A stretch of DNA of 64,000 nt from Alphaproteobacteria bacterium (GCA_965220745.1 CBDCQT010000010.1:128001-192000), one strand, 5' to 3'; counted from the stretch's first letter, positions 1 to 10,463 are shown. Program-made: numbers and translations. The notes: generated from the sequence alone by a model not told the origin.

Positions 1-38
1 CCGCAGGGCCGGCAATCGTCACCACCACCACGCGCGGC

Positions 39-743
39 TCAGATCACGCCGGTGAACACGAGGATGAGCACCACGGCGACGACCACCACCGCCGCCGCCC
101 ACGCCGCAGTGGGGAGCCCCTTGCGCTGCGTTGCCGGCGGGAGCGGCGGCCCCGCATCCGCCGCCGGGGCGCTCTCCGCCGGCGCATCGGCGGGCGACGC
201 AGAAGGCTCGGGCGCGGGCGATGCCGGGGCGGGATCGGGCCGTGGTGCGGACTCGGTGGGCGCGGCCTCTTGGGCGGCTTCGGCGGCGGCCTCCGGTTCC
301 TCGCCGCCGCCGAGCTTCTCGGCGAGGCTGTCGAAGAACTGCTTGGCGAGCTTCTTCGCGGTGGAGTCGATGAGGCGCGAGCCGATCTGCGCGAGCTTGC
401 CGCCGACCTTGGCGTCGCACTCGTACTGCAGGACTGTGCCGCCGTTCTCCTCCACCAGCCGAACCTTGGCCTCGCCCGAGGCGAAGCCGGCGGTGCCGCC
501 CTGCCCCTGGCCGGAGAGCGTGTAGCCGTTGGGCGGATCGATGTCGGAGAGAGTGACACCGCCCTTGAAGGTCGCCTTGACCGGGCCGACCTTGATGGCA
601 AGCGTCGCGCTCATCTCGGTGTCGGAGGTCTTCTCGATCTCCTGACAGCCGGGCAGGCATTCCCTCAGGACCTCGGGGTCGTTGAGCGCGCGCCACACCG
701 TCTCCCGGTCGGTCGGGACCCGGAACTCGCCGTTCATCTTCAT
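39..743 (-). CDS. coxG: Carbon monoxide dehydrogenase subunit G (CoxG/SRPBCC) with Pro/Ala linker and C-terminal TM anchor
   Basis: VWRALNDPEVLRECLPGC...KVGGKLAQIGSRLID signature; hydrophobic C-terminus. Confidence 0.88.
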   Translation of the reverse strand: MKMNGEFRVPTDRETVWRALNDPEVLRECLPGCQEIEKTSDTEMSATLAIKVGPVKATFKGGVTLSDIDPPNGYTLSGQGQGGTAGFASGEAKVRLVEENGGTVLQYECDAKVGGKLAQIGSRLIDSTAKKLAKQFFDSLAEKLGGGEEPEAAAEAAQEAAPTESAPRPDPAPASPAPEPSASPADAPAESAPAADAGPPLPPATQRKGLPTAAWAAAVVVVAVVLILVFTGVI

Positions 744-781
744 GGCCGCGTTGCTCCCTGCCGTGCCGGCGCTGAGCGCCG

Positions 782-2476
782 CTAAACGTAGTAGATGACC
801 AGGCAGGCGCCAAGCAGCACCAGGATCCAGAGCGCGGCAGCGCCGGTCGGCCAGGTCCGCGCCAGCACCCCGCCCGGCCTGTGCTGCTGCGCGATCAGGA
901 AGAACAGGCGATCGAGGCCGCGCGTGGACTGCTCACGGATGAACGCGCTGAGGGCGGTCGCCGCACCTTCGATGCGGCGGGCCGTGCCCGGCAGCAGGCG
1001 CCGGTAGAGCCAGTCGCTGTCGATGTTCGCCGAGCGCAACTCGGGTGGATAGAGCCCGATCAGGTTGAGGAAGGCGAAGGCCAGGGCCGAGAAGAAGAGA
1101 AGCTGGACCTGCACCAGCACGTGGCTCCCGGTATAGGGCACGTAGTCCACCGCGTAAGGCAGAAGCGAATAAAGCCAAGCAGGATAGCAGCCGATGACGA
1201 TGCAGAGGATCGCCGCCATCGCCATGGCAATGCGCATGTTGAGCGGCGGCTCGCGGGTGCGGATGCCGCTGTCGTGCGCGAAGAAGGCGAAGTAGGGGAT
1301 CTTGATGCCGGCATGGTGGAAGACGCCGGCGGACGCGAAGAGCAGCAGGATCCAGACGATCCAGTAGCCCTCCGCCGCCGCCGCGCTCATCACCATCGAC
1401 TTGCTGACGAAGCCTGAGAAGAGCGGGAAGGCGGAGATCGAGGCCGCGCCTACGATGCAGAGCCCGGTGGTCTGGGGCATCGACTTGTAGAGCCCGCCGA
1501 GCTCCGAGCCGTTGATCTTGCCGGTCTGATGCAGCACCGCGCCCATCGACATGAGCAGCAGGCCCTTGAAGATCACGTCGTTGAAGGCGTGGGAGACGGC
1601 GCCGTTGAGCGCGAGCGACGTGCCGATGCCGATGCCCACCACCATGAAGCCGATCTGGTTGATCATGCTGTAGGCGAGGACGCGGCGGAGGTCGTTCTCG
1701 ATCACGGCGTAGAAGATGGGGAACGCGGTCATCGCCGTGCCGATGGGGATCAGCACCTCGGTGCCGGCGTAGCCGCGCGCGAGCGCGTAGACCGCGAGCT
1801 TGGTGGTGAACGCGCTCAGGAACACCATCCCGGTCGGTGTGGATTCCGGGTACGCGTCGGTGAGCCAGGTGTGCACCAAGGGGAAGCCGCACTTGATGCC
1901 GAAGGCGACGAAGATCAGCACGCCGCCGAGGCTGTCGATGCCGATGTGGCCGAATGCGGCCGACCCGGTGTCGCCGATCACGACGATCGCGCCGCCCAGC
2001 AGCAGCAGGCCGGAGACCAGCTGGAAGACGAGATAGCGCATGGCGGCGCGGACCGCGCGCGGCTCGCGCCGGGCGAGGATCAGCAGCACGGAGCCGAGCG
2101 TCGCCCCCTCCCAGAAGATGACGAGGGTGATGAGGTCGCCGGCGAATACCGTGCCGAGCGCGGAGCCGGCGTAGAGCAGCATGCCCGCCTGCTGCAGGCG
2201 GTCGCGGACGTGGAAGGCGAAGACGGCGCCGAGGAAGGCCGCAATATGGAAGAGGAGGCCGAAGAGCAGGCTGAGCGAATCAGCGCGGAGCAGCGTGAGG
2301 CGCGTATCGAGCAACGGGACCTCGAGCGCGCCGCCGCCCTGCCACACGAACCAGAGATTGATGCCGCCGAGCAGCGGCACCGCCGGCACGAGCAGACGGC
2401 GCAAGCCCCCCGGCAGCAGCAGGACCAGCGCCGCCGCGACCAGGAAGACGAAGGCGGGCGGAATGCTACTCGTCAT
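782..2476 (-). CDS. Na+/H+ antiporter subunit D-like proton-conducting membrane protein
   Basis: Polytopic; HTWLTDAYPES and LAYSMINQIG motifs of MrpD/NuoL-M-N family. Confidence 0.85.
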   Translation of the reverse strand: MTSSIPPAFVFLVAAALVLLLPGGLRRLLVPAVPLLGGINLWFVWQGGGALEVPLLDTRLTLLRADSLSLLFGLLFHIAAFLGAVFAFHVRDRLQQAGMLLYAGSALGTVFAGDLITLVIFWEGATLGSVLLILARREPRAVRAAMRYLVFQLVSGLLLLGGAIVVIGDTGSAAFGHIGIDSLGGVLIFVAFGIKCGFPLVHTWLTDAYPESTPTGMVFLSAFTTKLAVYALARGYAGTEVLIPIGTAMTAFPIFYAVIENDLRRVLAYSMINQIGFMVVGIGIGTSLALNGAVSHAFNDVIFKGLLLMSMGAVLHQTGKINGSELGGLYKSMPQTTGLCIVGAASISAFPLFSGFVSKSMVMSAAAAEGYWIVWILLLFASAGVFHHAGIKIPYFAFFAHDSGIRTREPPLNMRIAMAMAAILCIVIGCYPAWLYSLLPYAVDYVPYTGSHVLVQVQLLFFSALAFAFLNLIGLYPPELRSANIDSDWLYRRLLPGTARRIEGAATALSAFIREQSTRGLDRLFFLIAQQHRPGGVLARTWPTGAAALWILVLLGACLVIYYV

Positions 2477-2708
2477 AGTAGTCCTCGCGCCGCATAACCA
2501 GCCGGCGCAGCTCCTTCGCGGCGAGCACGAGCACCACGCAGGCGATGAAGCCGAAGAACCCGTAGAAGCCGAACCAACCCTCCCAGAAGAACTCCTCGTG
2601 CCGGTGGAAGCCCGCGTCGATCACCAGCACGCCCGCGCAGAGGGCCGCGAAGAACCAGATGAGCCGCATCACGTTGCGGCGTTCGTCGAGCCAGTATTTC
2701 TTCTTCAT
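2466..2708 (-). CDS. Small 2-TM protein of the Mrp-type operon
   Basis: 80 aa, two hydrophobic segments, C-terminal MRREDYYDE; overlaps next gene. Confidence 0.75.
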   Translation of the reverse strand: MKKKYWLDERRNVMRLIWFFAALCAGVLVIDAGFHRHEEFFWEGWFGFYGFFGFIACVVLVLAAKELRRLVMRREDYYDE

Positions 2709-2717
2709 GGCGTTGCC

Positions 2718-4181
2718 TTACCGGATGGCCCCAAGCGGCTCCACGAGCGTGAGCAGGGCTTGCGGGTAGAAGAAGAGCGCGGCCGTGCCGAGCGCCGCCA
2801 CGAGCGTCGCCGCGAGGATCGGCCAGGGCGCCTCGGCCCGGCCGGCCGCCACTGGCATCGGCGTGGCCGGGAAGAAGGCGCGAACGAGGATGGGCACGAA
2901 GTAGAGCGCGTTGAGCAAGGAGCTTGCGAGCAGCACCGCGATCACCGCGATGTGGCTGCCGTCGTCCGCGCCGGTCACCAGGTACCACTTGCTCCAGAGC
3001 GCGGCGAATGGCGGCAGGCCGATCAGGCCCAGCGCGCCCACGGCGAACGCGCCCATGGTGACGGGCATGCGGTAGCCGATGCCGTCCAGCTCGCTCACCA
3101 GCCGCTTGTGGGCAGCGGTGTAGATCGCGCCCGCGCAGAAGAAGAGCGTGATCTTGCCGAAGGCGTGGGTGGCGATGTGCATGGCACCGCCCACGACGCC
3201 GGCGCTGGTCGCGAGCGCGCCCCCCAGCACCACGTAGGAGAGCTGGCTCACGGTGGAATAGGCGAGGCGGCGCTTCAGGTCGTCCTGGCGCAGCGCGATC
3301 AGCGAGGCGATCACGATGGTCGCGGCGGCAACCGCGATGAGCCATTCGCTGCCCGCCATACCGCGCAGGAAATCGACGCCGAAGATGTAGACGATGACCT
3401 TGAGCACCGTGAACACGCCGGCCTTGACCACGGCGACCGCGTGCAGGAGCGCGCTCACCGGCGTCGGCGCGACCATCGCCGCCGGCAGCCAGGCGTGGAG
3501 CGGCATGAGCGCCGCCTTGCCGATGCCGAACATGTAGAGCACCAGCAGCACGGCGGCGGTGCGCTCGCTCACCGCACCCGCGAGGATCCCGCCCATCTTG
3601 AAGTCGAGCGTCCCGGCCTCGACCCAGGTCCAGAGGATCGCGAAGAGCTGCAGCACGATCGAGGTGGAGAGCAGGATGCCGAGGTACGTGCGGCCGGCGC
3701 GGCGCGCCTCCTCCGTGCCGCTGTGGGTCACCAGCGGATAGGTGGAGAGCGTCAGCGCCTCGTAGAAGAGGAACAGCGTGAACATGTTTCCGGCGAAGGC
3801 GACGCCGATGGCGCTCGCGAGCGCGGCCGCGAAGCAGACGTAGTAGCGGGTGCGGTGGCCCTCGTTGTTGGCGCGGACGTAGCCGATGGAATAGACGGTC
3901 GTCGCGATCCAGAGGAAGGACGCGATCAGCGCGAACAGCATGCCGAGGGGCTCGAGCGTGAAGGCGATGGGGAGCCCGCGCACAATGTCGAAGAGCGCGA
4001 CGCGTGGCGCCTCGCCCCCTGCCACCGCCGGTGCCAGCGAGAGCACGAGGCCGAAGAGCGCGACGGCGGTGACGACGGAGACCGCCTCCTGCAGCAGGGG
4101 CCTGCGCGCGGTCGCCCAGATCAGGAACGCGCCGGCGACGGGCACCGCGAGGGCTGCGAGGATTTGCGCGGCGTGGCTCAT
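2718..4181 (-). CDS. Monovalent cation/H+ antiporter subunit D family
   Basis: Start MSHAAQIL at 4181 overlaps the upstream stop (ATGA); HAWLPAAMVAPTPVSALLH and LAYSTVSQL motifs. Confidence 0.88.
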   Translation of the reverse strand: MSHAAQILAALAVPVAGAFLIWATARRPLLQEAVSVVTAVALFGLVLSLAPAVAGGEAPRVALFDIVRGLPIAFTLEPLGMLFALIASFLWIATTVYSIGYVRANNEGHRTRYYVCFAAALASAIGVAFAGNMFTLFLFYEALTLSTYPLVTHSGTEEARRAGRTYLGILLSTSIVLQLFAILWTWVEAGTLDFKMGGILAGAVSERTAAVLLVLYMFGIGKAALMPLHAWLPAAMVAPTPVSALLHAVAVVKAGVFTVLKVIVYIFGVDFLRGMAGSEWLIAVAAATIVIASLIALRQDDLKRRLAYSTVSQLSYVVLGGALATSAGVVGGAMHIATHAFGKITLFFCAGAIYTAAHKRLVSELDGIGYRMPVTMGAFAVGALGLIGLPPFAALWSKWYLVTGADDGSHIAVIAVLLASSLLNALYFVPILVRAFFPATPMPVAAGRAEAPWPILAATLVAALGTAALFFYPQALLTLVEPLGAIR

Positions 4182-5659
4182 GGCGCGCCCGCCAGCAGCA
4201 CGGTCGCCGCACGCTCGGCGATGACGACGGTGAGGTCCGTGTGGAGCCCGAAGTAGACCGAGCCCCCGATCAGCGCCCAGGTCGAGAGCTGCATGGCCCA
4301 GGGCGCCTCGCGCACCGGCTCGGCATCGGGCGGGGCCGGGCGGAAGTACGCGGCCTCGACCACGCGGCCCACGTAGGCGAGCGCGATCAGCGAGCCAGCG
4401 AGCACGAAGAGCGCGACCGGCCAGAGCCCTTCCTCGAACGCCGCCTGCACCAGGTACCACTTGCTGACGAAGCCGGAGGTGATGGGGACGCCGACCAGGC
4501 CGAGGCCGCCGATCACGACGGCCGCCATGGTGAACGGCATGCGCCGGCCGAGGCCGTGCAGCGCGCTCAGATCGGTCGCGCCCAGGCGATAGGCGATGGT
4601 GCCGGCGGCGAGAAAGAGCCCGCCCTTCATCAGCGCGTGGTTGAAGACGTGGACCAGTGCGCCGGTGATGCCGGTCACCGAGGCGAGCCCGATGCCGACG
4701 CCGAGATAGCCGATCTGGCCCACGCTGGAGAACGCGAGCAGGCGCTTCAGGTCGCTCTGGAAGACGGCGACCAGCGAGCCCGCGAGTACGGCGATGAGCG
4801 AGAGCGCCAGTAGTATCTCGGTGAGCGGCAGGGTCTCGAAGGCGAAGTGGACGCCGAACACGGTGAAGACAAAGCGGAGCAGCATGTAGGCGCCGACCTT
4901 GGTCGCGGTCGCGGCGAGGAACGCGCTCACCATCGAGGGCGCGTAGGCATAGGCGTTGGGCAGCCAGACGTGGAAGGGGAAGAGCGCGAGCTTGATCAGC
5001 ACGCCGACGGTGATGAAGGCGAAGGCGGCGAGCACCGCCGGCGTCTCGCCGAGCGCCGGCACGCGCACGGCAAGGTCCGCGATGTTGAGGGTCCCGGTCT
5101 TGGCGTAGAGGAAGCCGATGCCGATCAGGATCAGCGAGGCGCCGATGGTGCCGATGATGAGGTACTGGTAGGAGGCCGTGAGCGCCCGCCGGCGCTTGCC
5201 TTGCGCGATGAGCACGTAGCTCGCGAGCGAGGAGATTTCGAGAAAGACGTAGATGTTGAAGACGTCGCCCGTCGCGGTGATGCCGAGCAGGCCGGTGAGC
5301 GCCAGCAGAAAGATCGCGTAGAAGAGATGCCGGCGCTCGGGCCGGACCTCCTGCTCCACGCTCGCCCGCGCGTAAGGCATCATCAGCGCGGCGGTGCCCG
5401 CGAGGATCAGCAGGACGAAGGCGTTGACGCCATCTAGCCGGTACTCGATGCCGATGGGCGGCGCCCAGCCGCCGAGGCGGTAGGAGATCGTGCCGCCGCT
5501 CGTCACCTGGTCGAGCAGCAGCGCCGCGATGGCGAGCAGCCCCCAGCAGATGACGGTGGTGAAGGCCCAGGCGTAGTTCCCGCGCCGCAGCAGCACGCAG
5601 ACCGGCGCCGCGATCAGCGGCACAGCCACCTGGAGCACCGGCAGATGAGTCGCGATCAT
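4178..5659 (-). CDS. mrpD: Monovalent cation/H+ antiporter subunit D
   Basis: GGWAPPIGIE, FNIYVFLEI, HVWLPNAY motifs. Confidence 0.88.
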   Translation of the reverse strand: MIATHLPVLQVAVPLIAAPVCVLLRRGNYAWAFTTVICWGLLAIAALLLDQVTSGGTISYRLGGWAPPIGIEYRLDGVNAFVLLILAGTAALMMPYARASVEQEVRPERRHLFYAIFLLALTGLLGITATGDVFNIYVFLEISSLASYVLIAQGKRRRALTASYQYLIIGTIGASLILIGIGFLYAKTGTLNIADLAVRVPALGETPAVLAAFAFITVGVLIKLALFPFHVWLPNAYAYAPSMVSAFLAATATKVGAYMLLRFVFTVFGVHFAFETLPLTEILLALSLIAVLAGSLVAVFQSDLKRLLAFSSVGQIGYLGVGIGLASVTGITGALVHVFNHALMKGGLFLAAGTIAYRLGATDLSALHGLGRRMPFTMAAVVIGGLGLVGVPITSGFVSKWYLVQAAFEEGLWPVALFVLAGSLIALAYVGRVVEAAYFRPAPPDAEPVREAPWAMQLSTWALIGGSVYFGLHTDLTVVIAERAATVLLAGAP

Positions 5660-6006
5660 CGCCGATCCTGCTCGTCGATCTCGTCCTCTTCGACGGTCCC
5701 GTAGTCACGCTTGATCGCCACAGTGAGCGCGAGCCCGACCGCGAGAGTCGAGACGGCCACGACGATGGCGGTCAGGATCAGCACGTGGGGGAGCGGGTTG
5801 GAATAGACCGTGTGGGCGGCATCGATGATCGGCGCGGTGCCGCCTTCGACCTTCCCCGCCGTGATGTAGATCAGGAAGATCGCGGACTGGAAGATGCCAA
5901 GGCCGATCAGCTTCTTGATGAGGTTGGAGGGCGCAATGATGGCGTAAAGGCCGATCATCGCCAGCACGATCGCGGCCCAGTAGTTGACGTGTGAGAGGGC
6001 CTCCAC
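5656..6006 (-). CDS. mrpC: Cation/H+ antiporter subunit C
   Basis: NPLPHVLILTAIVV motif. Confidence 0.9.
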   Translation of the reverse strand: MEALSHVNYWAAIVLAMIGLYAIIAPSNLIKKLIGLGIFQSAIFLIYITAGKVEGGTAPIIDAAHTVYSNPLPHVLILTAIVVAVSTLAVGLALTVAIKRDYGTVEEDEIDEQDRR

Positions 6007-6007
6007 C

Positions 6008-6421
6008 TCAGCGCCACTCGGCCAGGACGGAGAAGATGATGGTCATCACGGAAGCGACCGCGATGCCGACGCCGATCTCTATGATGATGATGCCGACGTG
6101 ATTGCCATGCGTGGCATCGGCGGAGAGCGCGCCGTATTCCAGGAAGCCCCCGCCGCCAATCATGCTGGCGACGCCGACGCCCGCGTAGAGCAGCACCCCG
6201 AGGCAGGCGAGCACCACGAGGAGGCGCGGGGGCGCCACGGCGCGCACCGCCTCCGTCCCGAAGACGAGGCCGTAGAGAACGAGGCCGGCCCCGAAGATCA
6301 CGCCCGCCTGAAAGCCGCCCCCCGGCCCGTAGTCGCCGTGCATCTGCACGTAGAGCGCAAACAGCAGGATTGGGGGAATCAGCAGCTTCGAGATCACGCG
6401 CAGGACGAGATGCTCCGTCAT
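6008..6421 (-). CDS. mrpB: Cation/H+ antiporter subunit B
   Basis: HGDYGPGGGFQAG motif. Confidence 0.88.
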   Translation of the reverse strand: MTEHLVLRVISKLLIPPILLFALYVQMHGDYGPGGGFQAGVIFGAGLVLYGLVFGTEAVRAVAPPRLLVVLACLGVLLYAGVGVASMIGGGGFLEYGALSADATHGNHVGIIIIEIGVGIAVASVMTIIFSVLAEWR

Positions 6422-6990
6422 TCGCGGTCCCCCGCGTCGGCATCATCGCTGTCTTCGGCACGGCGGCGGCGGCGCGTGATGCCCAGCATCAGCAGAACAC
6501 CGATGCCTGCGGTGAAGATCACCGTGACCTCGCCCAGCGTGTCGAAGCCCCGATAGGAGGCCAGCACCGCGGTGACGATGTTGGGAACGCCGGTCTCCGC
6601 CTCGCCCTGCTCGATATAGTGGGGCCCGACATGCTGCTGCGCGGGCGCTTGCGGGTCGCCGAAGGCCGGTAGATCGAGTGTGCCGTAGATCAGCAGCCCG
6701 CCGACGGCGAGCGAGGCCAGGATCGGGAGCCACGGCCGGCGATGCGCGATCCTCTCGTGCCGGCCGGTGGCGGCGATGGCGAGCAGCATGAAGACGGTGG
6801 TCACGCCGGCGCCGACAGCGGCCTCGGTGAAAGCCACGTCGACGGCGTCGAGCACGACCCAGAGCGCGGCCATAACCAGGCTGTAGATGCCGAGCACGAG
6901 CGCGGCCGCCAGCAGATTGCGCAGCGAGACCACGACGAGCGCGGCTGCGACCAGCAGGACCAGAAGCAGAATATCGACGTAGATATCTAT
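6418..6990 (-). CDS. DUF4040/MrpA C-terminal-like antiporter subunit; start uncertain (ATA at 6990 or GTG at 6933)
   Basis: DVAFTEAAVGAG and NIVTAVLASYRGFDTLGE motifs; hydrophobic frame open to 6990. Confidence 0.8.
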   Translation of the reverse strand: MDIYVDILLLVLLVAAALVVVSLRNLLAAALVLGIYSLVMAALWVVLDAVDVAFTEAAVGAGVTTVFMLLAIAATGRHERIAHRRPWLPILASLAVGGLLIYGTLDLPAFGDPQAPAQQHVGPHYIEQGEAETGVPNIVTAVLASYRGFDTLGEVTVIFTAGIGVLLMLGITRRRRRAEDSDDADAGDRE

Positions 6991-7304
6991 GGCGCGGGGT
7001 CCTTTGGCTTCCGGGTCCAGGGCCGGATTCCGTCAAGTAGCGCCGCGTGGGCCAGCGCGTGCGAGGCGGTCGGCGCGGTGAACACCAGGAATACGAAGAT
7101 CAGCACGAGCTTGAGCGCGTTGAGCGAGAGGCCGGCCTGAAACATGAACCCGAGCAGAATGAAGCCCGCGCCGGCTGTATCGGCAACGCTCGACGCATGG
7201 AGCCGCGTGAAGACGTCCGGCATGCGTACCAGCCCGAGCCCGCCGACCAGGATGAAGGCCGCGCCGATGCCGATGCTGATCCAGCTCAGGATATCGACGA
7301 TCAC
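6987..7304 (-). CDS. mrpG: Cation/H+ antiporter subunit G
   Basis: RMPDVFTRLHA, TAPTASHALA motifs. Confidence 0.9.
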   Translation of the reverse strand: MIVDILSWISIGIGAAFILVGGLGLVRMPDVFTRLHASSVADTAGAGFILLGFMFQAGLSLNALKLVLIFVFLVFTAPTASHALAHAALLDGIRPWTRKPKDPAP

Positions 7305-7603
7305 GGCGCGCCCTCCGTGCCCCCGGCGCTCTCCGCGTCCTCCGCGTCACGCGCGCGCCTGCGCTTGATGTAGCGCAGCACTGCGATGGTGCCGATGAAG
7401 TTGATCAGCGCGTAGACAAGCGCGATGTCCAGAAACTCCGGCCGGCCCATGAGGAAGCCCACGGCTGCGATCAGCAGCACGGTCATGGTGCCGATCGCGT
7501 TCACGGCGACCACCCGGTCGTAGACCGTGGGCCCCAGGTACGCACGGATCAGCGCCAGGAGGACGGTCACCACGAGCGCGGCGACGGCGGCGAGGGACAT
7601 CAT
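7301..7603 (-). CDS. mrpF: Cation/H+ antiporter subunit F
   Basis: GPTVYDRVVA, DIALVYALINFIGT; start at 7603 overlaps the mrpE stop. Confidence 0.9.
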   Translation of the reverse strand: MMSLAAVAALVVTVLLALIRAYLGPTVYDRVVAVNAIGTMTVLLIAAVGFLMGRPEFLDIALVYALINFIGTIAVLRYIKRRRARDAEDAESAGGTEGAP

Positions 7604-8076
7604 GACTCGCCCTCCACCGCCGTGACGCGCCGGTCCATGCCGCCCTGCTTCAGCTCGTCCATGCCGCGCCGGGTGAGCGCGTGGACCTCGATGCCGTCTT
7701 CGGTCACGGACGTGGAGAGCGTGCCGGGCGTGAGCGTGATGGAGTTGGCGTAGATCACCTTGCCGAGGTCCGACTTCTGGCTCGACGGCACGGTCTCCAG
7801 CACCGGGTCGATGCGCAGGCGGGGCGACAGCACGATGCGAGTGACCGTCAACGCCGAAAGCAGGATCTGGATCGTCAGCCAGCACCAGTAGAGGGGGATG
7901 CGATAGCCGAGATGGATGGGGTGCCCCTCGTGGTCCACCACGTCCATGCGCAACGCCACCGCCACCGCAAACGCCGTGCAGGCGGCGCCGATGGCGAGCA
8001 GAAAGGGCGTGTAATGACCGGACAGTGCGAGCCAGAGCCCGTAAAGGCCGACGAACAGACTGAGCGCGTGACGCAC
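7600..8076 (-). CDS. mrpE: Cation/H+ antiporter subunit E
   Basis: ANSITLTPGT motif. Confidence 0.9.
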   Translation of the reverse strand: MRHALSLFVGLYGLWLALSGHYTPFLLAIGAACTAFAVAVALRMDVVDHEGHPIHLGYRIPLYWCWLTIQILLSALTVTRIVLSPRLRIDPVLETVPSSQKSDLGKVIYANSITLTPGTLSTSVTEDGIEVHALTRRGMDELKQGGMDRRVTAVEGES

Positions 8077-8284
8077 GCGAATCCCTCGTGCGGAGCCGGG
8101 AGCGCCCGGATTATGCCCCTAGGGCGGCAGCCCGCAACAAGGAATGGCCCCAACCGTTGCTCGGCAGGTCGGTGCGCTAGCTCCAGTCCCGATTCTCGGA
8201 GACGTGAGCCCCCTCCGCCCAACCGGGCCGCAACGCGGCCCGGACGGCGCGACCGCGCCGCGCGCACAGCGCGTAGCCAAGCGA

Positions 8285-8296
8285 GCGGAGCGAGCG
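8285..8296 (+). repeat. Putative attL core
   Basis: GCGGAGCGAGCG(T)CCG vs GCGGAGCGAGCG(C)CCG at 59972; arm-like CGTGGG-n6-TGTGGG at 8417-8434. Confidence 0.65.
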
Positions 8297-8444
8297 TCCG
8301 TTCCTATGGGTTCTTGACTATTCCACGCTGTTCCAATATAGAGTGTAATAACAGCGGTTTAGGTAGAACATTGGTCTCTTGCGTTCCAGTCCGTTTTCAC
8401 CCATTCTTGGTCTAGTCGTGGGACGTAATGTGGGTGGAAAGATC

Positions 8445-9641
8445 ATGGGATTGTATGGTGCCGCCGCCTCGAATGCCGCCAGACCAGGACGCCTCAACGC
8501 CGCCTTCGTCCGAACCGTCAGTCGACCGGGCGTCTATGGCGATCAACACGGCCTGAGGCTGCGAGTCTACAAGTCGCGAAAACGGGCGTCGATCTCCAAG
8601 CAATGGATCTGGCGCGGAACCGTCAATGGAACCCGCCGCGATATCGGGCTCGGCGGCTTCCCCTACGTCACCCTGGCCGAAGCACGGCAGACCGCCTTCG
8701 AGTACCGCAAGATCTCGAAGGCCGGCGGCGATCCGAAGGCCCTCAGGCGCAGGCCCGAAGTGCCAACCTTCGCGCAGGCAGCCGAGACCGTGATCGCCAT
8801 CCACCGCGAAGGCTGGAAGGACAGCGGCAAGAGCGAGATGCAGTGGAGGGCAAGCCTCAGGGACTACGCCATGCCGAAGCTCGGCCGCAAGGGCGTCGAC
8901 GAGATTACGACCGCAGACGTGATGGCGGTGCTCATTCCGCACTGGCACACCAAGACCGAGACCATGCGCCGCGTGCGCCAGCGCATCGGGGCGGTGATGA
9001 AGTGGGCCGTGGCGCAGGGCCATCGGGGCGACAATCCCGCCGGCGATGCCATCGCCGCGGCACTGCCCAAGGGCGGCAGCGTGCGCCAGCATCAGCGCGC
9101 CTTGCCCTTCCGGGAGGTCGGGGCCGCGCTCGCCAGGGTGAGGACATCGGATGCGTACCGTTCTGCGGTGCTCGCCTTCGAGTTTCTGGTGCTGACGGCA
9201 TGCCGGTCCGGGGAGGTACGGTTCGCGACATGGGACGAGATCGATTTCGCATCGGCGACGTGGACGATACCGGCGCAGCGGATGAAGGCGAGGCGTGAGC
9301 ATCGTGTTCCGCTGTCTGCGCGAGCGCTGGAGATTCTTCGCGAGGCGCGCGCGTTGGCAGACGGCTCCGAACTGATCTTTCCGTCGCAGCGCGCTCGCGC
9401 GATCCACGGCGGCACGGTCTCCAGGCTCATCCGGGAGCTAGGGATCGATGCGGTGCCGCACGGGTTCCGGTCGTCCTTTCGGGACTGGGCGGCGGAGTGC
9501 ACCGATGTGCCTCGCGAGGTTTGCGAGCTCGCCCTTGCGCATGTGAACTCTGACCGGGTGGAGGCCGCCTATCGGCGGACTGACCTCTTTGACCGCAGGC
9601 GGGCGCTCATGGAGCAATGGTCGGAATTCGTCGTCGGGTGA
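8445..9641 (+). CDS. int: P4-like tyrosine integrase with arm-binding domain
   Basis: GLGGFPYVTLAEAR arm domain; LTACRSGE, HGFRSSFRDW, LAH, AAYRR catalytic motifs. Confidence 0.93.
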   Translation: MGLYGAAASNAARPGRLNAAFVRTVSRPGVYGDQHGLRLRVYKSRKRASISKQWIWRGTVNGTRRDIGLGGFPYVTLAEARQTAFEYRKISKAGGDPKALRRRPEVPTFAQAAETVIAIHREGWKDSGKSEMQWRASLRDYAMPKLGRKGVDEITTADVMAVLIPHWHTKTETMRRVRQRIGAVMKWAVAQGHRGDNPAGDAIAAALPKGGSVRQHQRALPFREVGAALARVRTSDAYRSAVLAFEFLVLTACRSGEVRFATWDEIDFASATWTIPAQRMKARREHRVPLSARALEILREARALADGSELIFPSQRARAIHGGTVSRLIRELGIDAVPHGFRSSFRDWAAECTDVPREVCELALAHVNSDRVEAAYRRTDLFDRRRALMEQWSEFVVG

Positions 9642-9691
9642 TTGGTCGAGGAGCGACAAGTGCACTCATGCCGCGGCAGACGCCAAAGCGG

Positions 9692-9880
9692 TTACAGGGT
9701 CGCGGGTGTGTCGATGCCGGCTGCATTGGCCGCTGCGGCGAGCGCACGGTCCGACCGGGCCAACGGAAGTCTCATGCGCAGCGCGAGTTCCAAGTAGGTG
9801 GCGTCATAGACGGACAGGTCATAGCGATCGGCAAGAGCAAGCGCCGAACCCCAAACTCGCGACAGTGACAACTGGATCCT
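9692..9880 (-). pseudogene. C-terminal fragment of PIN-domain (VapC) toxin
   Basis: Manual translation RVWGSALALADRYDLSVYDATYLELALRMRLPLARSDRALAAAA...*; no start or N-terminal half. Confidence 0.7.
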
Positions 9881-10463
9881 TGGCGTCTGGATTTGAAAAT
9901 TACTACGAGGCCTTCTCAGGCCTCAGAGAACAGTGATTCGACTTTTGCAGTCGCGATCGAAGCACACCCCTCGATCTGTACCGGAAGGCATGCAATGAGG
10001 TGTTTGTGGAGTGCCTGACGTTTCGTTTCAGGCGCAGAAGGCCGAGGTGGTCACCATCAGCACCCGATTGACCCGACTCTTTAGACCGCGGTAAGTTCCC
10101 CTCAGACGCGAAACAAGCGTCTTTGCCGGGGTGCCCGCTTCTCCAAAATGCGATTCGAGGCTGTTGCGGACGTGCTGCTGCAGCACCATGCACAGCATGG
10201 GGGCAGGTGGCCTTCCGTTCCAGTGGCGGCTCGACAATGACCGCAGAATCAGTCCGCATTTCCGGTATCGGCTATACCCCAATCACGAGCAGCATAACAT
10301 TGCGGAGGCCGATCCTGGTCGCCGACAGGGAGGACGACCGGACCTATGCCGAGCGAGTATTCGACGAGGCGAAGCGGCTGATCGAAGAGTACGGCTTCAG
10401 GCTCCAGGTTGCGCCGGGATGAAGCGGAGAGCGTTTCAATGATCAGCACGAAAGGAGAGAGCA

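Noticed and set aside
2718-5708. 996-aa ORF in the track
   Set aside because: N-terminal half is an alternative-frame shadow of mrpD; real start at 4181
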